64,000 nt of DNA from Chrysomallon squamiferum (taxonomy: Eukaryota; Animalia; Mollusca): positions 12,152,001 to 12,216,000 of the forward strand of contig CM022668.1 in assembly GCA_012295275.1 (NCBI GenBank), written 5' to 3'. The position numbers and the translations under genes are program-made. How positions within the stretch are numbered: the stretch's first letter is position 1; each line of letters opens with the position of its first letter. Shown piece by piece: positions 30,198-44,166 of this stretch. The notes under the pieces are model-generated. The model saw nothing but the letters and a program-made list of their open reading frames with translations. It did not search any database and was not told the origin of the DNA.

Positions 30198-30672
30198 GTT
30201 GGTGTAATTTATCTTGCTGCAGTTGACGTTTTTTTTTCTCCAGTTCTAACCTTCCGGTTCTAGATCAAACAATTTATCATTTTGTAGTTACCCTTTTTTC
30301 CCAGTTATAACATTATATTTTATTTTCTGGTAGTAATCTTTCATTCCATCATCTGATTTGCACATCTGTCATTTGTATATTTTTGTGCCAGTTCCAACCA
30401 TCCATCACTGTTTTTTTTTTTATATTACCTCTTTATGAACAAACCAACGTTTTTTTTTTTTTGCAGCTGCTTTTACCAGACTATCTTTGTACATTTTAAT
30501 TAGTTTTTTTCTTTAGAAATATTCATTTTTTTAAAACAGAAATATTTACATTTTAAAAAAAGAATTCTGAATATAATTCAGTAAATTTATTTCAAAACAA
30601 ACAAACATCAGTCAAAAAATTATAATTAAAAAATTTAATAAAATTTTTTTTTTTTTCTTCAAAAAATTTCAG

Positions 30673-30992
30673 TGAGGACATGTCCCAAGCCTCCGTCGAA
30701 CAAGAACCACTGAAACCACAGTTCACACAACTCCTGCCTCCGACAAAATCGACACCAGAGGGCAGTCGAGTGCGCCTGGACTGCGTCATCATTGGCAACC
30801 CGGAGCCCGAGGTCATCTGGTTCCGTAACGACAAACCCATCAAGGAGTCGAAGAACGTCGAGCTCCTATTCGAAGGAGACCGATGCACGTTGGTCCTGAG
30901 AGAGGCGATGCAGGAGGACGTGGGCACCTACCAGTGCGTGGCACGAAATCCACATGGAGAAGCGGAGAGCAGTACAAGGCTCCATATTGAAC
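30673..30992 (+). CDS. Exon, Ig4
   Basis: tttcag/gtatgt, phase 2-1. Confidence 0.92.
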
Positions 30993-31810
30993 GTATGTGT
31001 TATTTTTTGTACAGGAGAAATGTCTTTAGTGTTCATAGTTTTAATTTCTGTTCAGAAAGAGTTTATTGTTTCTGTCGTTATAAAAGCTTCGAACCAACTA
31101 GCATGGTTTTCACATACAAATTTGTTTTTGAGACAGTGTAGATTGAAAGAGTTAAAGTTTAAGAAAAATAATTTAGTATATATATATTTTTAAATATCAG
31201 TGCTATCATTATGCTTTAGTTCTTAATGAAGTTATCTGAAATACATTCTCAATTCTTCCTGCATAATATATTTTAACGTTCAGACATCAATGCTAAAATT
31301 TTTATCTATCATTTCTAAAATTACTTAATCCTTTTAGTCTGTAATCCCAAATTCCCAGACTCCCCAAAACACATTTTCTCTCTTAATATATATTTCCAAA
31401 ATTTCTAAATTTTTGAAATTTATAATTCTATAATCCCAAAGTCTCTGAATCCTCTAAACTGTGGTTCTATAATCCCAAAATCACAGGAGTCTATTAATCC
31501 TATATTTTAAATACTATAGAATCCTATAATCCATCATCCCACAGTTCCACAGTGACAAAATCCTGAAATCTTTAATCCTACAATCCCAAAAGTCATAAAA
31601 TCCTTTTAACCTTTAATCCTATAATCCCAAAGTCACAATTAACCACTAAACGACAATCCCCAAGATAACAAGACTCCTTTAATCTGCCAATCCTTGTAAT
31701 CCCCAGTTCACAGGGTGCAGTGGAATACTAATTAGTATTTAACCTCATGCTCATCACATAACAGTCGTATATCACCCTTGTTTCACCAGCAGCTTTGTTT
31801 TCAAAAACAG

Positions 31811-31998
31811 CGCTCAGTGAACTGAGCGACACCTCCATAGGAGAAATGTCTCCTCCACGATTCACCCAGCTCCTGAAGGACATTCAGGTGAAGACTGGAC
31901 AGAGGGTGTGTCTGCAGTGTAGAGTGACCGGTCACCCATTACCTGAGGTCAACTGGTTCAGAGACAATCGACCTTTGGAGACGTCACCTGATTTCCAG
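31811..31998 (+). CDS. Exon, Ig5 N-half
   Basis: aaacag/gtaaga, phase 1-0. Confidence 0.9.
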
Positions 31999-32663
31999 GT
32001 AAGAAATGATTCTCCCAGGTATTTTCTTAAAATTGTTACCTGCAGATTGTTTGTTCATTTTTTTTCTATTTTTTTTCTGTTTTAAGGATAGTTAAAATTT
32101 TACAAATTTAATTGATGTATTTCAAAATTCAGTATTTTTTATGTTGTAAAAAAATGAGAATAATAATTTTTGCTTATTTTTATAGATATAGTATTTGATA
32201 AGTTTGATATTAAATATTATCCATGTGGTAACTTTTTTTATACCAGTTTTGTTCAATACTTAAAAATATTTGTTTGTTTATTTCTTTATTTATTTTGTTT
32301 ATTATTTTATTATTTTGATTATATTTAAAGCCATTATTATTATCATCAATATTATTATTATTACCATTATTATTTTTACTATTACCATTATCATTTTTAC
32401 CATTATTATTGTTATTATTATTATTATCATTATTATTTTTATTACTATTACTATTATTGTTATTATTATCATTATTATTATTATTATTGTTATCATTATT
32501 ATTATCATTATTATTATTATTATTATTGTTATTATTATTATCATTATTACCATTATTATTGTTATTATCATTATTATCATTATTATTATTATCATTATTA
32601 TTACTATTATTATTTTTACTATTGTTGTTGTTGTTGTTGTTATTTATGTATATTCTACCACAG

Positions 32664-32966
32664 ATCACAGCCTTTGCTGATGTCCACTCACTGACCATAC
32701 CCGAGGTGTTTGAAGAAGACGTCGGGGAGTACATGGTCAAAGCGGTCAACCAGGCAGGTGAGGCCAAATGCTACTGCAAGCTCAAAGTGCAGCCTGCACC
32801 TGAGGTTTCCATGGTGAAGAGAACAGTGACGGAAACACGAACAGTCAGACGCGAGGACATCAAACAAGAGCCGCCAGAATTTCAGAGGCTGTTTCAAGAC
32901 ATCACAGCCAGACCTGGAGACTGTGTTAAGTTTGAGGCTGTTATCACTGGCAGTCCAAAGCCTAAG
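32664..32966 (+). CDS. Exon, Ig5 C-half, linker and Ig6 start
   Basis: ccacag/gtatgt, phase 0-0. Confidence 0.92.
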
Positions 32967-33444
32967 GTATGTTTATGTTTTGTGTATGTGCAGTAAATTT
33001 ATATTGTATGTTGTTTTTGGTTTTTTCAGTATTGCTTGACAGAAAATGACGGAAGAATTTAGTGTTCGTTTCTTGTTTAGTTTGATATTTCGGAGACGTT
33101 TAATAACTGAATATTCAAGTTATGGATGTATTTTCTTGCTGAAAAATAAATAAAAAAAAACTTTAATTTTCAACAAAGTAAAGAAAGGTTTATGTAATTT
33201 AAAAAATTAATAATTTGAATAAAATTAGTATAATATCTATGCATATTTCAGTATAAAATTATAATTTCATAGAGTTGTACATAAATAATATATACCACCA
33301 TATGTATGTAAACATATGAGATATAAATACATACATAATAATTCATTACATTTTTCAATGTATTATGCACCTGTGTGCATGAATACTCAATAGATCTCAA
33401 CACAGTTTTTTTCATATATTACTCTTTTACTGCTATTATTATTA

Positions 33445-33491
<47 letters not shown>

Positions 33492-33646
33492 CCTACTCTT
33501 CATTATTATTACTATTATTTAATTATAATTATCATCTTTATTATTGTCATTTTAATTATCGTCATCATTATATCATATCATCTTTATTATTGTTTTCTTA
33601 TTTATCATCTTCATCATCATCTTTATCATCTTTGTTACTATTTCAG

Positions 33647-33942
33647 GTACAGTGGCAGTTCAATGGAGAGCCTCTGGTTTCCCAGGACTACCATGTCAGC
33701 ATGGAGGGAAGTACTTACAGACTAACAATCCCAGAAGTCTTTGACGAAGACGCAGGGAGGTTCTCCATCACAGCAGAGAACCAATCAGGAAAGGCCACAT
33801 GCTCTGCCATGCTGTCAGTCCTCGCTAGCCCCACCCACATCCTGGTTCAGCCAATGGGAGAGAAGCCTGTAAGGGCAGCTCCTCCTGCTGCAGCCCCAGT
33901 TCCATCCAGGCCTGTTCCCATGGAAACATATGAAACTGAAAC
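33647..33942 (+). CDS. Exon, Ig6 C-half and Pro/Ala linker
   Basis: tttcag/gtatgt, phase 0-2. Confidence 0.9.
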
Positions 33943-34591
33943 GTATGTTGATTGTAAACTTTGTTTTAAATATCAGTTTATATTTGTTTTGTTGTTATTA
34001 CTTTTTTTTTAATTATTAATTTTGTTTTATTTTATTTTATTTTTATTAATTTTAATTTTTATTGTCGCGGTTATTATTTTATTAATAGTTTATTTATTTA
34101 TTTATTTATTGTTTTCGTTTTCTCTTGCTTATTTTATTTATTTTATTTTTAATTAATTAATTTTGTTTTATTTATTTATTTAATTATTCTTGTTGTTGTT
34201 GTTCTTTTTCTTGTTATTGTTGTTGTTCTTCTTCTTGTTATTATTATTAGTTAGAACACATTGTATATTTTCCCTATTATATTTATTTTAAATTCACTTT
34301 AAACTTTATGATTTTAAAATATAATGATATCTCATGCTTTTGAAATAAATCACAAGATCAATTCTCTTAAGAATCTTCATGTAGTTATTTCACATTCTAA
34401 CCAGTGCTCTTTGCCAGTTTGTTTAAGATTTATTTCAGTTTAAATATTTTTTTTTTAAATCATACGATCACTTCTCATACATTTTACAATTATTTCCAGT
34501 TCTAACACATCACTTAATTCAATTTAAATATTTTTTTAATAATAAAATAAAATTATAAAATATATGAATTTGTTTTTTTTAAATTATCTAG

Positions 34592-34875
34592 CACTCGAAC
34601 GGTCACACAGACTGAAACACGTCTTAGTCGAATGATCACAGACATGCAAGAACAGGCCTACGAACGTCATGCAACAACGATCACCACGGAGGTCAGAGGT
34701 CAAGAGCTCCCCCCTCATGAAAAGTTCGCCACAACCCTTACCACAGAAATGGCACCACAGTACCAACCGGTAGATTTGACAATAGAGGTTCCAATCCCAC
34801 CAAAGTTCCTTCAGGCTCTGAAGAAGGTGACAGCTATGGAAGGAACAAGAGTTGTATTTGAAGGAGTTGTGACAG
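34592..34875 (+). CDS. Exon, Thr-rich linker and Ig7 start
   Basis: atctag/gtacgt, phase 2-1. Confidence 0.88.
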
Positions 34876-35400
34876 GTACGTTTGTATTTAATTTTTTGTA
34901 TTCAGTAATACTATATGTTTTTAGTTGATAGTTTTAATTTTTTGTATTCAATGATATTATGTGTTTGTATTTATTTATTTTGGAAATATTTATTTTTTCT
35001 TCTTAAATTTTGTATTTGAAATATTTATTGTTCCTTTTTAAATTTTGTATTTGAAATATTTATTGTTTCTTTTTAAATTTTGTATTTGAAATATCTATTG
35101 TTCCTTTTTAATTTTTAATATTTGAAATGTTAATTGTATTTTAATTTTGTATTCAATAATATTATGTGCATGCATTTGTATTTATTTGCATTTGATGTCT
35201 TTATTATTTACCTTTATTTACATATGAATAGTTATTATAGGCATAAATGAGTTTAAATGTTATCATGTGACACTTATCTTCTCATTTTAGGTATATTACC
35301 ATATTATCATGTTACAGTTATCATACCGTTATTTTAGTTATCATTACCATATCATATCGTGCCTATTTTATCTTATAATGTTTTCTAATCGCGTTACCAG

Positions 35401-35598
35401 GGAAACCCGAGCCGTGTATCAAATGGTTCCGACAAGGTCGTCAGCTGACAGACCAGGCTGATTTTGAGATTTCTTACCGTGACAGTCGCGTTTCCTTGGC
35501 GATACCTGAAGTCTTCCAGAAAGACGCAGGTGAATACAAATGCACAGCTGAGAACATCGCTGGTATGGCCTCCAGTACGACTGAACTTATTGTCAGAG
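35401..35598 (+). CDS. Exon, Ig7 C-part
   Basis: taccag/gttggt, phase 1-1. Confidence 0.9.
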
Positions 35599-35779
35599 GT
35601 TGGTTTACTTTTACAGAGTTACTGTTCTTTGTTTCACAGAGTTATTGTTCTTTACAAAGCAAATTTTTTTTTTCACAGATTTACTGTTCTTTGGTTCAAA
35701 GAGTCAGTTTTTAAAAAAAAATTTTATTTTACAATTAATTTTCTTTTCTTTGTTTCTTTAGTCTTTTTAATATATTAGA

Positions 35780-35811
<32 letters not shown>

Positions 35812-36094
35812 TAACAGATGTTTGTTTAGTTATTCACCTTTGCAATTTTATTATATTTATTTTTTATGGGATTTTTATTAAATGAAGCTTATTTTACATT
35901 AGTTTTCTGAAAAAAGAAGAAAAATGCTCAGAATTATTGATATATTTGGGGGTTTTTTGTTTTGTTTTGTGGTTGTTTTTATTCATTTTTTTTTCTTTAC
36001 CTCATTTACTTATGTTTTGACAATTCAAGTAATATACACCTACTACAAACCAGTCTTTAAGGCTTTAACAAATATTTTCTTTCTTTCTTCACAG

Positions 36095-36382
36095 CTTCAA
36101 TGACACCTCCGTCATTCACGGAGAAACTCCAGAAGGTGACGGCAAACGAAGGCCAACCAATCAAACTGACCGTCAGGGTTGCTGGGAAACCAGCTCCGCA
36201 GGTGACCTGGTTTCGTGAAGGGTCACGCATAGTCAGTTCCCGAGACTTTGAGATTGTACAGGAAGGTGACATCCACTCTCTGTACATCCCTGAAGTGTTT
36301 TACGAAGATTCCGGAAGGTTCATGGTACGTGCTGAGAATCCAGCAGGGGAGGCAACTTGCTCGACTCAGGTGACTGTTGCAG
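36095..36382 (+). CDS. Exon, Ig8
   Basis: tcacag/gtgagc, phase 1-1. Confidence 0.92.
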
Positions 36383-36613
36383 GTGAGCAATTTTTGTTTT
36401 ATTATTATGGTTATTATTATTATTATTTTTATAAATATTTCTTTATTAAGTTTAATTTGTATATACAAATGTATATAGATATATGTTTGTACAGATGTCT
36501 GGATATACATGGTCATCTACATTAAAGGAGTTATATTAGCAACAACAACAACTGCAACAAAAATAATAAATAAATAAATAAATAAGTAAATAATAATAAT
36601 AATGATAATAACA

Positions 36614-36655
<42 letters not shown>

Positions 36656-36938
36656 TGCCAGTCCTGTATATGTCTTAACTTAATAGTAGTTTTATGAGTA
36701 AAAGGAGCTAAAATTTTTAGATTTTTATTTAAAAGTGTATGTTATTATTTATTTAATTATTATTGAGGCAATCTCAATTTTTAATTCAATTTTTGAAATT
36801 CATTTTTTAAATTTTATTTTTTTCTCTCTCTCCTTCATTTCTTTTCATTCATTTGGTTATTTATTTATTATAATTTTTATTTGTTCTATCATTCATTCAT
36901 TCATTCATTCATTTGTTCATTCATTCATTTTTTTACAG

Positions 36939-37309
36939 CTCCTCCACCAGAGGTCGCTGAACCAGTTACCAGAGCACCAGAGAGGAAACCAGTCTATGAA
37001 CAGTTCGAACCTCAAAAAGCCCAGCCTCCGAAATCTCCCCTCAGACCGTACAAGGAAAAAGAGGAACCGATCGCAAAAGTTCCCAAACTGCACCAGCAGC
37101 AGCAGCAGCAGCAGCAGGCCCCACCCGAACCTCAGACATACCGCGACCAGATCGACATGCAGATCGAGGGTCAGCAGGAGTTACCTCCCTTCGAGAAAAG
37201 AATCGAACTCTTCAAGAAGCAGGAAGAAGAACAGCCGCCACCTTTGCCAAAATCGGAGAAGCCAAAGAAACTGCTGATTAGTTCAAAAGAGAAGCCAACC
37301 TTTATACAG
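36939..37309 (+). CDS. Exon, PEVK-like linker with Q8 tract
   Basis: ttacag/gtgaga, phase 1-0; (CAG)8 at 37094-37117. Confidence 0.9.
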
Positions 37310-37356
37310 GTGAGAATTTTATAAAAAAAAAAAAAATTGGAATAGATATTTTTCAG

Positions 37357-37545
37357 TCGTAGCTCATTGGTAGAGAGTTGGCTCAGATGTGTGATGGGTT
37401 GTCGGATCAATTCTTCTTGGTGGACACATTGGGTTTATTTCTCGTTCCACCCAGTGCTCCACAATTTGTGTAACAAAGATCAGTGTAGGTGTCATCCATT
37501 CTGTTGGATGTTGTGTATATTAATAAAAAAAAATTCCTTGCCACC
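37357..37545 (+). mobile_element. Degenerate tRNA-derived SINE
   Basis: Box A-like GTAGCTCATTGGTAGAG, degenerate box B GGATCAATTC, then body CATTGGG..TATTTCTCGTTCCA..CAGTGCTCCAC. Confidence 0.7.
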
Positions 37546-37720
37546 AACATTATCCAAAAACAAAAAATAAATATGAAAATAATAATAAGGCATTTAATAA
37601 TATAACCATGATCATAACCATAACAATTTACCTGAAAAATACCTGAAAATGTATTTTTCATATAATTAAAAAATACCTGTTTGTTGCAACACACAATTTT
37701 TTTTTTACCTTTTTTACTAG

Positions 37721-37982
37721 CTTCTTCCACCACGCCTAAATGCCAAACAAGGCGACAAGGTCATGTTTGAGGTCAGGGTCGGAGGTCACCCTGAACCAAT
37801 AGTGAAATGGTACCGCGAAGACGCAGTTATAGAAAGCGGTCCAGACTACGAAATCACCTTCTCTGAGACTTTGCACAGGCTCACCATTGTCGAGGTTTTC
37901 CCAGAGGATTCTGGGAGATTTTCATGCATAGCAACCAATGCCGATGGCTCTACTGCGACTGAATGTGATCTGAAAGTTGAAC
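37721..37982 (+). CDS. Exon, Ig9
   Basis: tactag/gtgagt, phase 0-1; EVFPEDSGRFSC. Confidence 0.92.
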
Positions 37983-38037
37983 GTGAGTTTTAAATATGTC
38001 GACTCGTACATCACAATGCATTTATGGTCTTCTATAT

Positions 38038-38355
38038 ATGTGGTTACCAAACAGCCTGTGGTCCATGGACCTCCATGGGGGTCCATCAGCTAAGTTCTGA
38101 TTTTAAGAGGTTGCAGAGAAAACTGTACAGTCACTAATGATAATTCTTATAAAGATAAACTTTAAAAAAATGTATATTTTCTTTAACTAGATTTTCATTT
38201 ACATATAGGAACTGAGATAGATAAGAAACTAGTAAAACTGTTATTAATTAATAAAACTGGCTTATTGAGGAGATGGATTGTTCAATGTAAAGATTGATGT
38301 CCATGGGAGAATTAATTTAAACAAACAGGGACCTAGGTGGTATGGGGAATATCTG
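38038..38355. mobile_element. Possible decayed hAT/Charlie-like non-autonomous element
   Basis: GTGGTTACCAAAC...TGGTCCATGGACC...GGGGTCC start and GGGAATATCTG end loosely resemble CAGTGGTTCCCAAAC-type termini. Confidence 0.3.
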
Positions 38356-38631
38356 ATCTGTATATACTTAAAATTATAGTTAATTATGATAAAACAAATT
38401 TTTGACAAATAAATAAATAAATACTGTCTTAAAGACTGTTAACATTTTCAAGTCTTATTTATAACAAAATCATTTTGAGAATTAGATATTGTTTATTTTT
38501 ATTTTTCTTCTTCTTGTTATTCATTTCAAAGAAAAAATAATAATCATTTCTATTTAGTTCATATTATCATTAATGCCTCATCATTTAAGAACATATAATA
38601 ATAATAATAATAATAATAATGAATAATAATC

Positions 38632-38662
<31 letters not shown>

Positions 38663-38921
38663 ATAATAACAGCAGCAAAAGTAATAATAATTGTGATAAT
38701 AGTGGTAATAACAACAATAATGATAATGATAATGATTATAATAATAATAATAATGAATAATAACAACAGCAAAAGTAATAATAATTGTGATAATAGTGGT
38801 AATAACAACAATAATGATAATGATTATAATAATAATAATAATTTAAAAAAAACAATAATAGTAATAAACACTCATTCTTTGTTGATAATAAAGTCTGTAA
38901 ATATTTCATTATTTCTTACAG

Positions 38922-39151
38922 CTGGTCCACCTTCCCCAGTGGAAGTAGTCCCAGAACCCATCTTCCCTGAAACGAAACGTCCACCCCCAGAAGTGGCCCC
39001 CAAACGAGCACCACCGGTCTACAAACCACCTCCACCACCACCTCCTGCACCACCAGCGTGGACACCAGAAGAAATTACACCAACTACAACAACACCACAA
39101 GAGGTTCCGTCAAAGCCAGCACCTGCAATATGGTCGCCACCTTCACCTCAG
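38922..39151 (+). CDS. Exon, Pro-rich linker
   Basis: ttacag/gtaaga, phase 1-0. Confidence 0.88.
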
Positions 39152-39799
39152 GTAAGAGTTGAGGTGTTTTGTGTGTAGGTTACCTGTGTGTTTGTAAATG
39201 AGAATGTTTGCTTGTGTGCAGTTGTGTAGCTCTGTGGTTGTCTGTGTGTGTGTGTCCATGTGTGTGTTTGTGTGTGTGTGTGTGTGCCTGTGTCTGTGTG
39301 TTTATCCGTGTGTGTGTGTATATCTGTGTATGTATCTGTTAAGTCTGTTGAATACATATACATCAGTTTATTTATTTACTGTATGAACGTATAGAGTGTG
39401 TTTGCTTTTTGTGTTTGTCCATATTACATAATATATTTAATATATTACATAATATATATAACATTTTACATATGTATAATATATTACATAATATGTTGAA
39501 TATATTACATAGTATATTTAATAGCTTACATTAATTTATAATGTACTTAATACAATATAATCTCTTGTACTATATTTAATATATTCTCTCATATTATATG
39601 TTGTGTATCACACTCTCTTTTTGATATATTGTGTACAGTTATTTATAATACACAATTAAATTAAACAATGTATAATCCTCATCTTTACTCAGTAAACATA
39701 TTACACACTGTCAGCATACCATTAATTCAAATTATGTATTTCCTCATCACTGCTTGTGACATATTTAATATATTACACAGTCTGCCATAGTATATCATC

Positions 39800-40025
39800 T
39801 ATCTACTGTTCATTACTCCTATCACATATCATCAATATAACACACTGTCCTGTTCATTACTCCTATCACATTATCATCAATATAACACACTGTCCTGTTC
39901 ATTACTCCTATCACATTATCATCAATATAACACACTGTCCTGTTCATTACTCCTATCACATAATTATCTACACAACACACTCTCCTGTTCATTACTCCTG
40001 TCATATAATCATCTACACAACACAT
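39800..40025. repeat. Minisatellite, 45-bp unit
   Basis: CACACTGTCCTGTTCATTACTCCTATCAC at 39841, 39886, 39931; next to an acceptor. Confidence 0.85.
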
Positions 40026-40063
40026 AACACATTGACTCCTAATTTAAAAATTTTTGTTTCCAG

Positions 40064-40403
40064 GTGGCTCGCAAACAGGCCACTCCAACATGGCAGGCCC
40101 CGGAGCCCTCCGCCCAAATCCCACCCTCCTTTGTCCAGCGACTGCAGGACATTCGCCTGGTCGAGGGGACAAACATAAAACTGGAGTGCCGAGTTCTTGG
40201 CAAACCGTTTCCCAAGATCACCTGGCTGCATGATGGCCGACTGGTGAATGAGACGTTGAGACACAAAATCATCAGCGACGAAAAGACAGGGCGTTGCACT
40301 CTGCTCATTTCCAAGACGCTGACCGACGATGAGGGAGAGTACACGTGCACATCGTCCAATACTGCAGGGACTGCGTCAACAACGGCGCGGGTTCTGCCTG
40401 AAG
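40064..40403 (+). CDS. Exon, Ig10
   Basis: ttccag/gtgagg, phase 0-1. Confidence 0.92.
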
Positions 40404-40434
40404 GTGAGGGTGGTGTGACATTTACGTTTTTTTT

Positions 40435-40720
40435 GTGTTTTGTTGGTTGTAATATGCTGACAGTTGTGAATGGTTTGAAAGTGTTTTGTTGGTTGTAATA
40501 TGCTGACTGTTGTGAATGGTTTAGAAGTGTTTTGTTGGTTGTGATATGCTGACTGTTGTGAATGGTTTAGAAGTGTTTTGTTGGTTGTGATATGCTGACT
40601 GTTGTGAATGGTTTAGAAGTGTTTTGTTGGTTATGATATGCTGACTGTTGTGAATGGTTTAGAAGTGTTTTGTTGGTTGTGATATGCTGACAGTTGTGAA
40701 TTGTTTGAAAGTGTTTCGTT
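40435..40720. repeat. Minisatellite, 46-bp unit, ~6 copies
   Basis: GTGTTTTGTTGGTTGTGATATGCTGACTGTTGTGAATGGTTTAGAA. Confidence 0.9.
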
Positions 40721-41382
40721 GATTTGATGCTTGGTTAATATTCAGATGTGAAGATAGAAGAAGGTTCAGTGTATTGATAAAGACTCGAGTTTTGTTTGTT
40801 TTATTTATTTATTGTGTGTGTGTGTGTGTGTGTGTACACTCATACACATTTATTTATAAAAAATTCAGGTTTTGTTTTATTTATTTAATTTTATTTAATT
40901 TTCATATTTTATTTTATTACTGTTTATTTATAATAAGTTTATTTTTTGTTTTGCTTTATTATTATTATTTTTTTAATTTATTTTCATTTTTTATTTTATT
41001 TTATTTTAATTAATTTCATTTTAATTTCATTATATTTCATTTTTTTATTTTCATTATTTTTTTATTTATGTTTTATCTTTTTTATTTAATTTTTTTTTTT
41101 TTTTTTTTTTTTATTTTTCAAAATTATAAATTTAATTTTTTATTTTTATTTATTCTGTTATATTTTATTTTCTTATTTTATTTTATTTTATCAAAAGCAT
41201 CTCTTAATCTATTATTTTGTTTTATATATTTTTTTTTTTATTTTTTTTATTTCACATTTAATTTTATATTTAATTTAATTTAATTTTGTATTTAATTCAA
41301 TTTAAATTATTTTTTAATTTAATTTAATTTAATTTAATTTAATATTTAATTTAATTTAATTTTATTTTATTCACAAAACCAG

Positions 41383-41640
41383 GACCACGCTTATCGAGAG
41401 CAACCCAAGGGAACCCCAGAGCCCCATCCTTGACCAACTGAAGCAGAACCATTGGCTTCCGAGAGTCCCATCCTTGAGCTGATTGGCTGAGCAATAATAA
41501 TTAGGAGGCCCCACCCTCCCCAGATTTATGAAGAAAGAGTTTTTTATACCCCGGAAGATATTTTTTTACAGCTTTAGCAGAGATTTTTATGAAGGAGCGA
41601 TTTTTATAGCTTTATGGAAGATATGAGGATGAGCCAATGA
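41383..41640 (+). CDS. Unresolved exon: either an alternative terminal exon or a garbled linker exon
   Basis: aaccag acceptor then GC-richer sequence; phase-1 reading gives GPRLSRATQGNPRAPSLTN*; merges into a ~23-bp GATTTATGGAGGATATTTTTATA array running to ~42090. Confidence 0.4.
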
Positions 41641-42448
41641 CATTTTTATTGAGAGAATTTTTATTATTTATGGAGGATATTTTATGAGTTATGAACATAC
41701 TTTTTAAGAGAAGATATTTTTATAGATTTATGGAAGATATTTTGATTGGCTGAAGAAATTTTTTATGATTACTGCTTTTTTATATAGATAACATTGGAGT
41801 TTCTTTTTGTAGATTTTAGAAGAATATTTTTATAGATCTATGGAGGATATTTTTATAGATTTATGAAGGATATTTTTATTGATTTATGGAGATTTTTATA
41901 GATTTATGGAGGATATTTTTTGTTTATGGAGGATAATTTATGAAGGATATTTTTATTGATTTATGGAGGATATTTTTGTAAATACTTTTAAGAATATTTT
42001 ATTTACATAATAAAATAAAAAATAAAAAATTACCCCCTCCCAACAACTGCAATATGACAAAGTGATAGATTTATGAAGGAATTTTTATAGATGTTTTATT
42101 TTATTTAGATAATAAAATTAAAAATTAAACAAAATAAAACATCCCAACTTCTGCAATATGACAAAGTGATGTAGAGGAAATCTTACAGGTTTAATGAATA
42201 TAATATGATTGGATAATAAAGAATAGTTTATTTGTATTTAACATAATGTTGCAGCTGAAATTATAATTTGTTTTGGATAATTTAGATTTTTCAGTTATGA
42301 AATATTAAAATAATAATAATGTCAGATAGTGGAGCTGTTGCAAATTTTCTCTTTTTGGGCTGAGTTTTTGGAACTTTCTAGGTTTTGAATACTTACTTAG
42401 GGAATTTTAACCTATATTAAACAATTGTTTTACCATTTCTTTCTCCAG

Positions 42449-42685
42449 GAATTCAGAGTGTCCAAATTTGAACAAAGACTTATGAAAGAAATCGAATACA
42501 GAGAGGGCAAAGTTCGTTTCCACAGTGAAACCGAAACTGAATATGACTCTGAGCAGCCTGAAGAAAAAGTCACACCCAGTCAGACATCCCCACCCCAAAT
42601 CTCCCAGCCCCTCAGAGATCTGAAACTGCTAGAGGGGTCTGATGCCAAATTCATCTGCAGAATTACAGGAAAACCTCGACCTAAG
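42449..42685 (+). CDS. Exon, kettin/Sls-like motif EFRVSKFEQRLMKEIEYRE and Ig11 start
   Basis: ctccag/gtgagt, phase 0-0. Confidence 0.92.
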
Positions 42686-43126
42686 GTGAGTGAATTATAT
42701 CAATGGAAAATATTTTGTATTTGAAAAATGTTGATTCAACATGTGTAAAAATTATTTTTGAAAATCATGTGAAAATAAAACCAACAGGGTGAGCAGAAAT
42801 ACTGGCCAAAAGTGAAATTGTAAACTTTCTATAGAAAACTTTAAATTCCAGACTAATTTTTAAATAAAATAGATAAAAAAAATATCTTATTAGATATTAA
42901 ACAGATTTTAAATTTATAAAACCTCTGAAGGTTGTTGAATTTCAAAATTAGTTTTTTTTTTGTTTTTGGGGTTTTTTTTTTTAAAATATTATTTCAGACA
43001 GATCAGTTAAAAAATAAATAAATATATAAATATATAAATAAATAAATAAATAAATAAATATATAAATAAATAAATAAATAAATAAATACATTAATAAATA
43101 AATAAATAAATAAATATATAAATATA

Positions 43127-43165
<39 letters not shown>

Positions 43166-43344
43166 ATTAATGGCAGTCAAACAAATAAATCAAGAAATTG
43201 AATTTAAAATAATATGACTTTGTAAAACATTGACTTCAAAAGGTGAACTTGATAACAACATTATTACAAGAGTACTACATTGTTCTAAGTACTACATTGT
43301 TCTAAAACTTAACTCATTTTTATTTTGTTGTTTTCTTTACTAAG

Positions 43345-43592
43345 ATTGCCTGGTACAAAGACGGCAAGCGAATCAAACGATCAAATCGCTATGACATCAA
43401 ATTCACACCCGATGGCTACTGCAGCCTTGACATCCGCATCACCCTTGCAGACGACACTGGTCACTACACCGTCCTTGCGGTCAACTCGGCTGGCAAGACC
43501 ACATGTTCTGGTCAGTTGGTTGTTGACCAGGTGGGACCCATTGATGCGACATCGTTTGTTGCCCCAGAAACACTGCACAAGATTCTCAGAAG
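43345..43592 (+). CDS. Exon, Ig11 C-part (IAWYKDGKRI...DDTGHYTVLAVN)
   Basis: actaag/gttttt (weak donor), phase 0-2. Confidence 0.88.
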
Positions 43593-43874
43593 GTTTTTAT
43601 TATTATTATTGTTGTTGTTGTTGTTGTTTATTGTTATTATTATTATTATTGTTATTATTGTTATTATTATTTATTATTTTTGTTATTATTATTATTGTTA
43701 TTATTTATTGTTATTATTATTATCATTATCATTTATTATTATTATTGTTATTATTATTTTTTTTCTTGTTCCTGTTATTATTATTTTATTATATTTGTTG
43801 CTGCTGTTTTTGTTTCTACCAAAAAACAATGAAGAATAAGAATAATTTTTAAAAAAAAGTTTCTAGTTAAAAGG

Positions 43875-43909
<35 letters not shown>

Positions 43910-44166
43910 TCTATATTTAGATTTTAAATATTTACATATTTACTGGTTAACTTACTTATTTGTTTATTCTTTTGTTTATATTCTGTTAACATTATTATTC
44001 TTTTGTTTATATTCTGTTAATCTATATATTTTTTAATCTATGTTTATTTATTTATTAATCTTTGTTTATTTATTTGCTTACTAACTTACTTACTTACTTA
44101 TTTACTTACTTATTAATAACCATAAACAATAAAATTAAAATATAAAAATTATTTCAACCCACACAG

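Noticed and set aside
37357-37430. tRNA gene
   Set aside because: Box B and cloverleaf are degenerate and run into a SINE body
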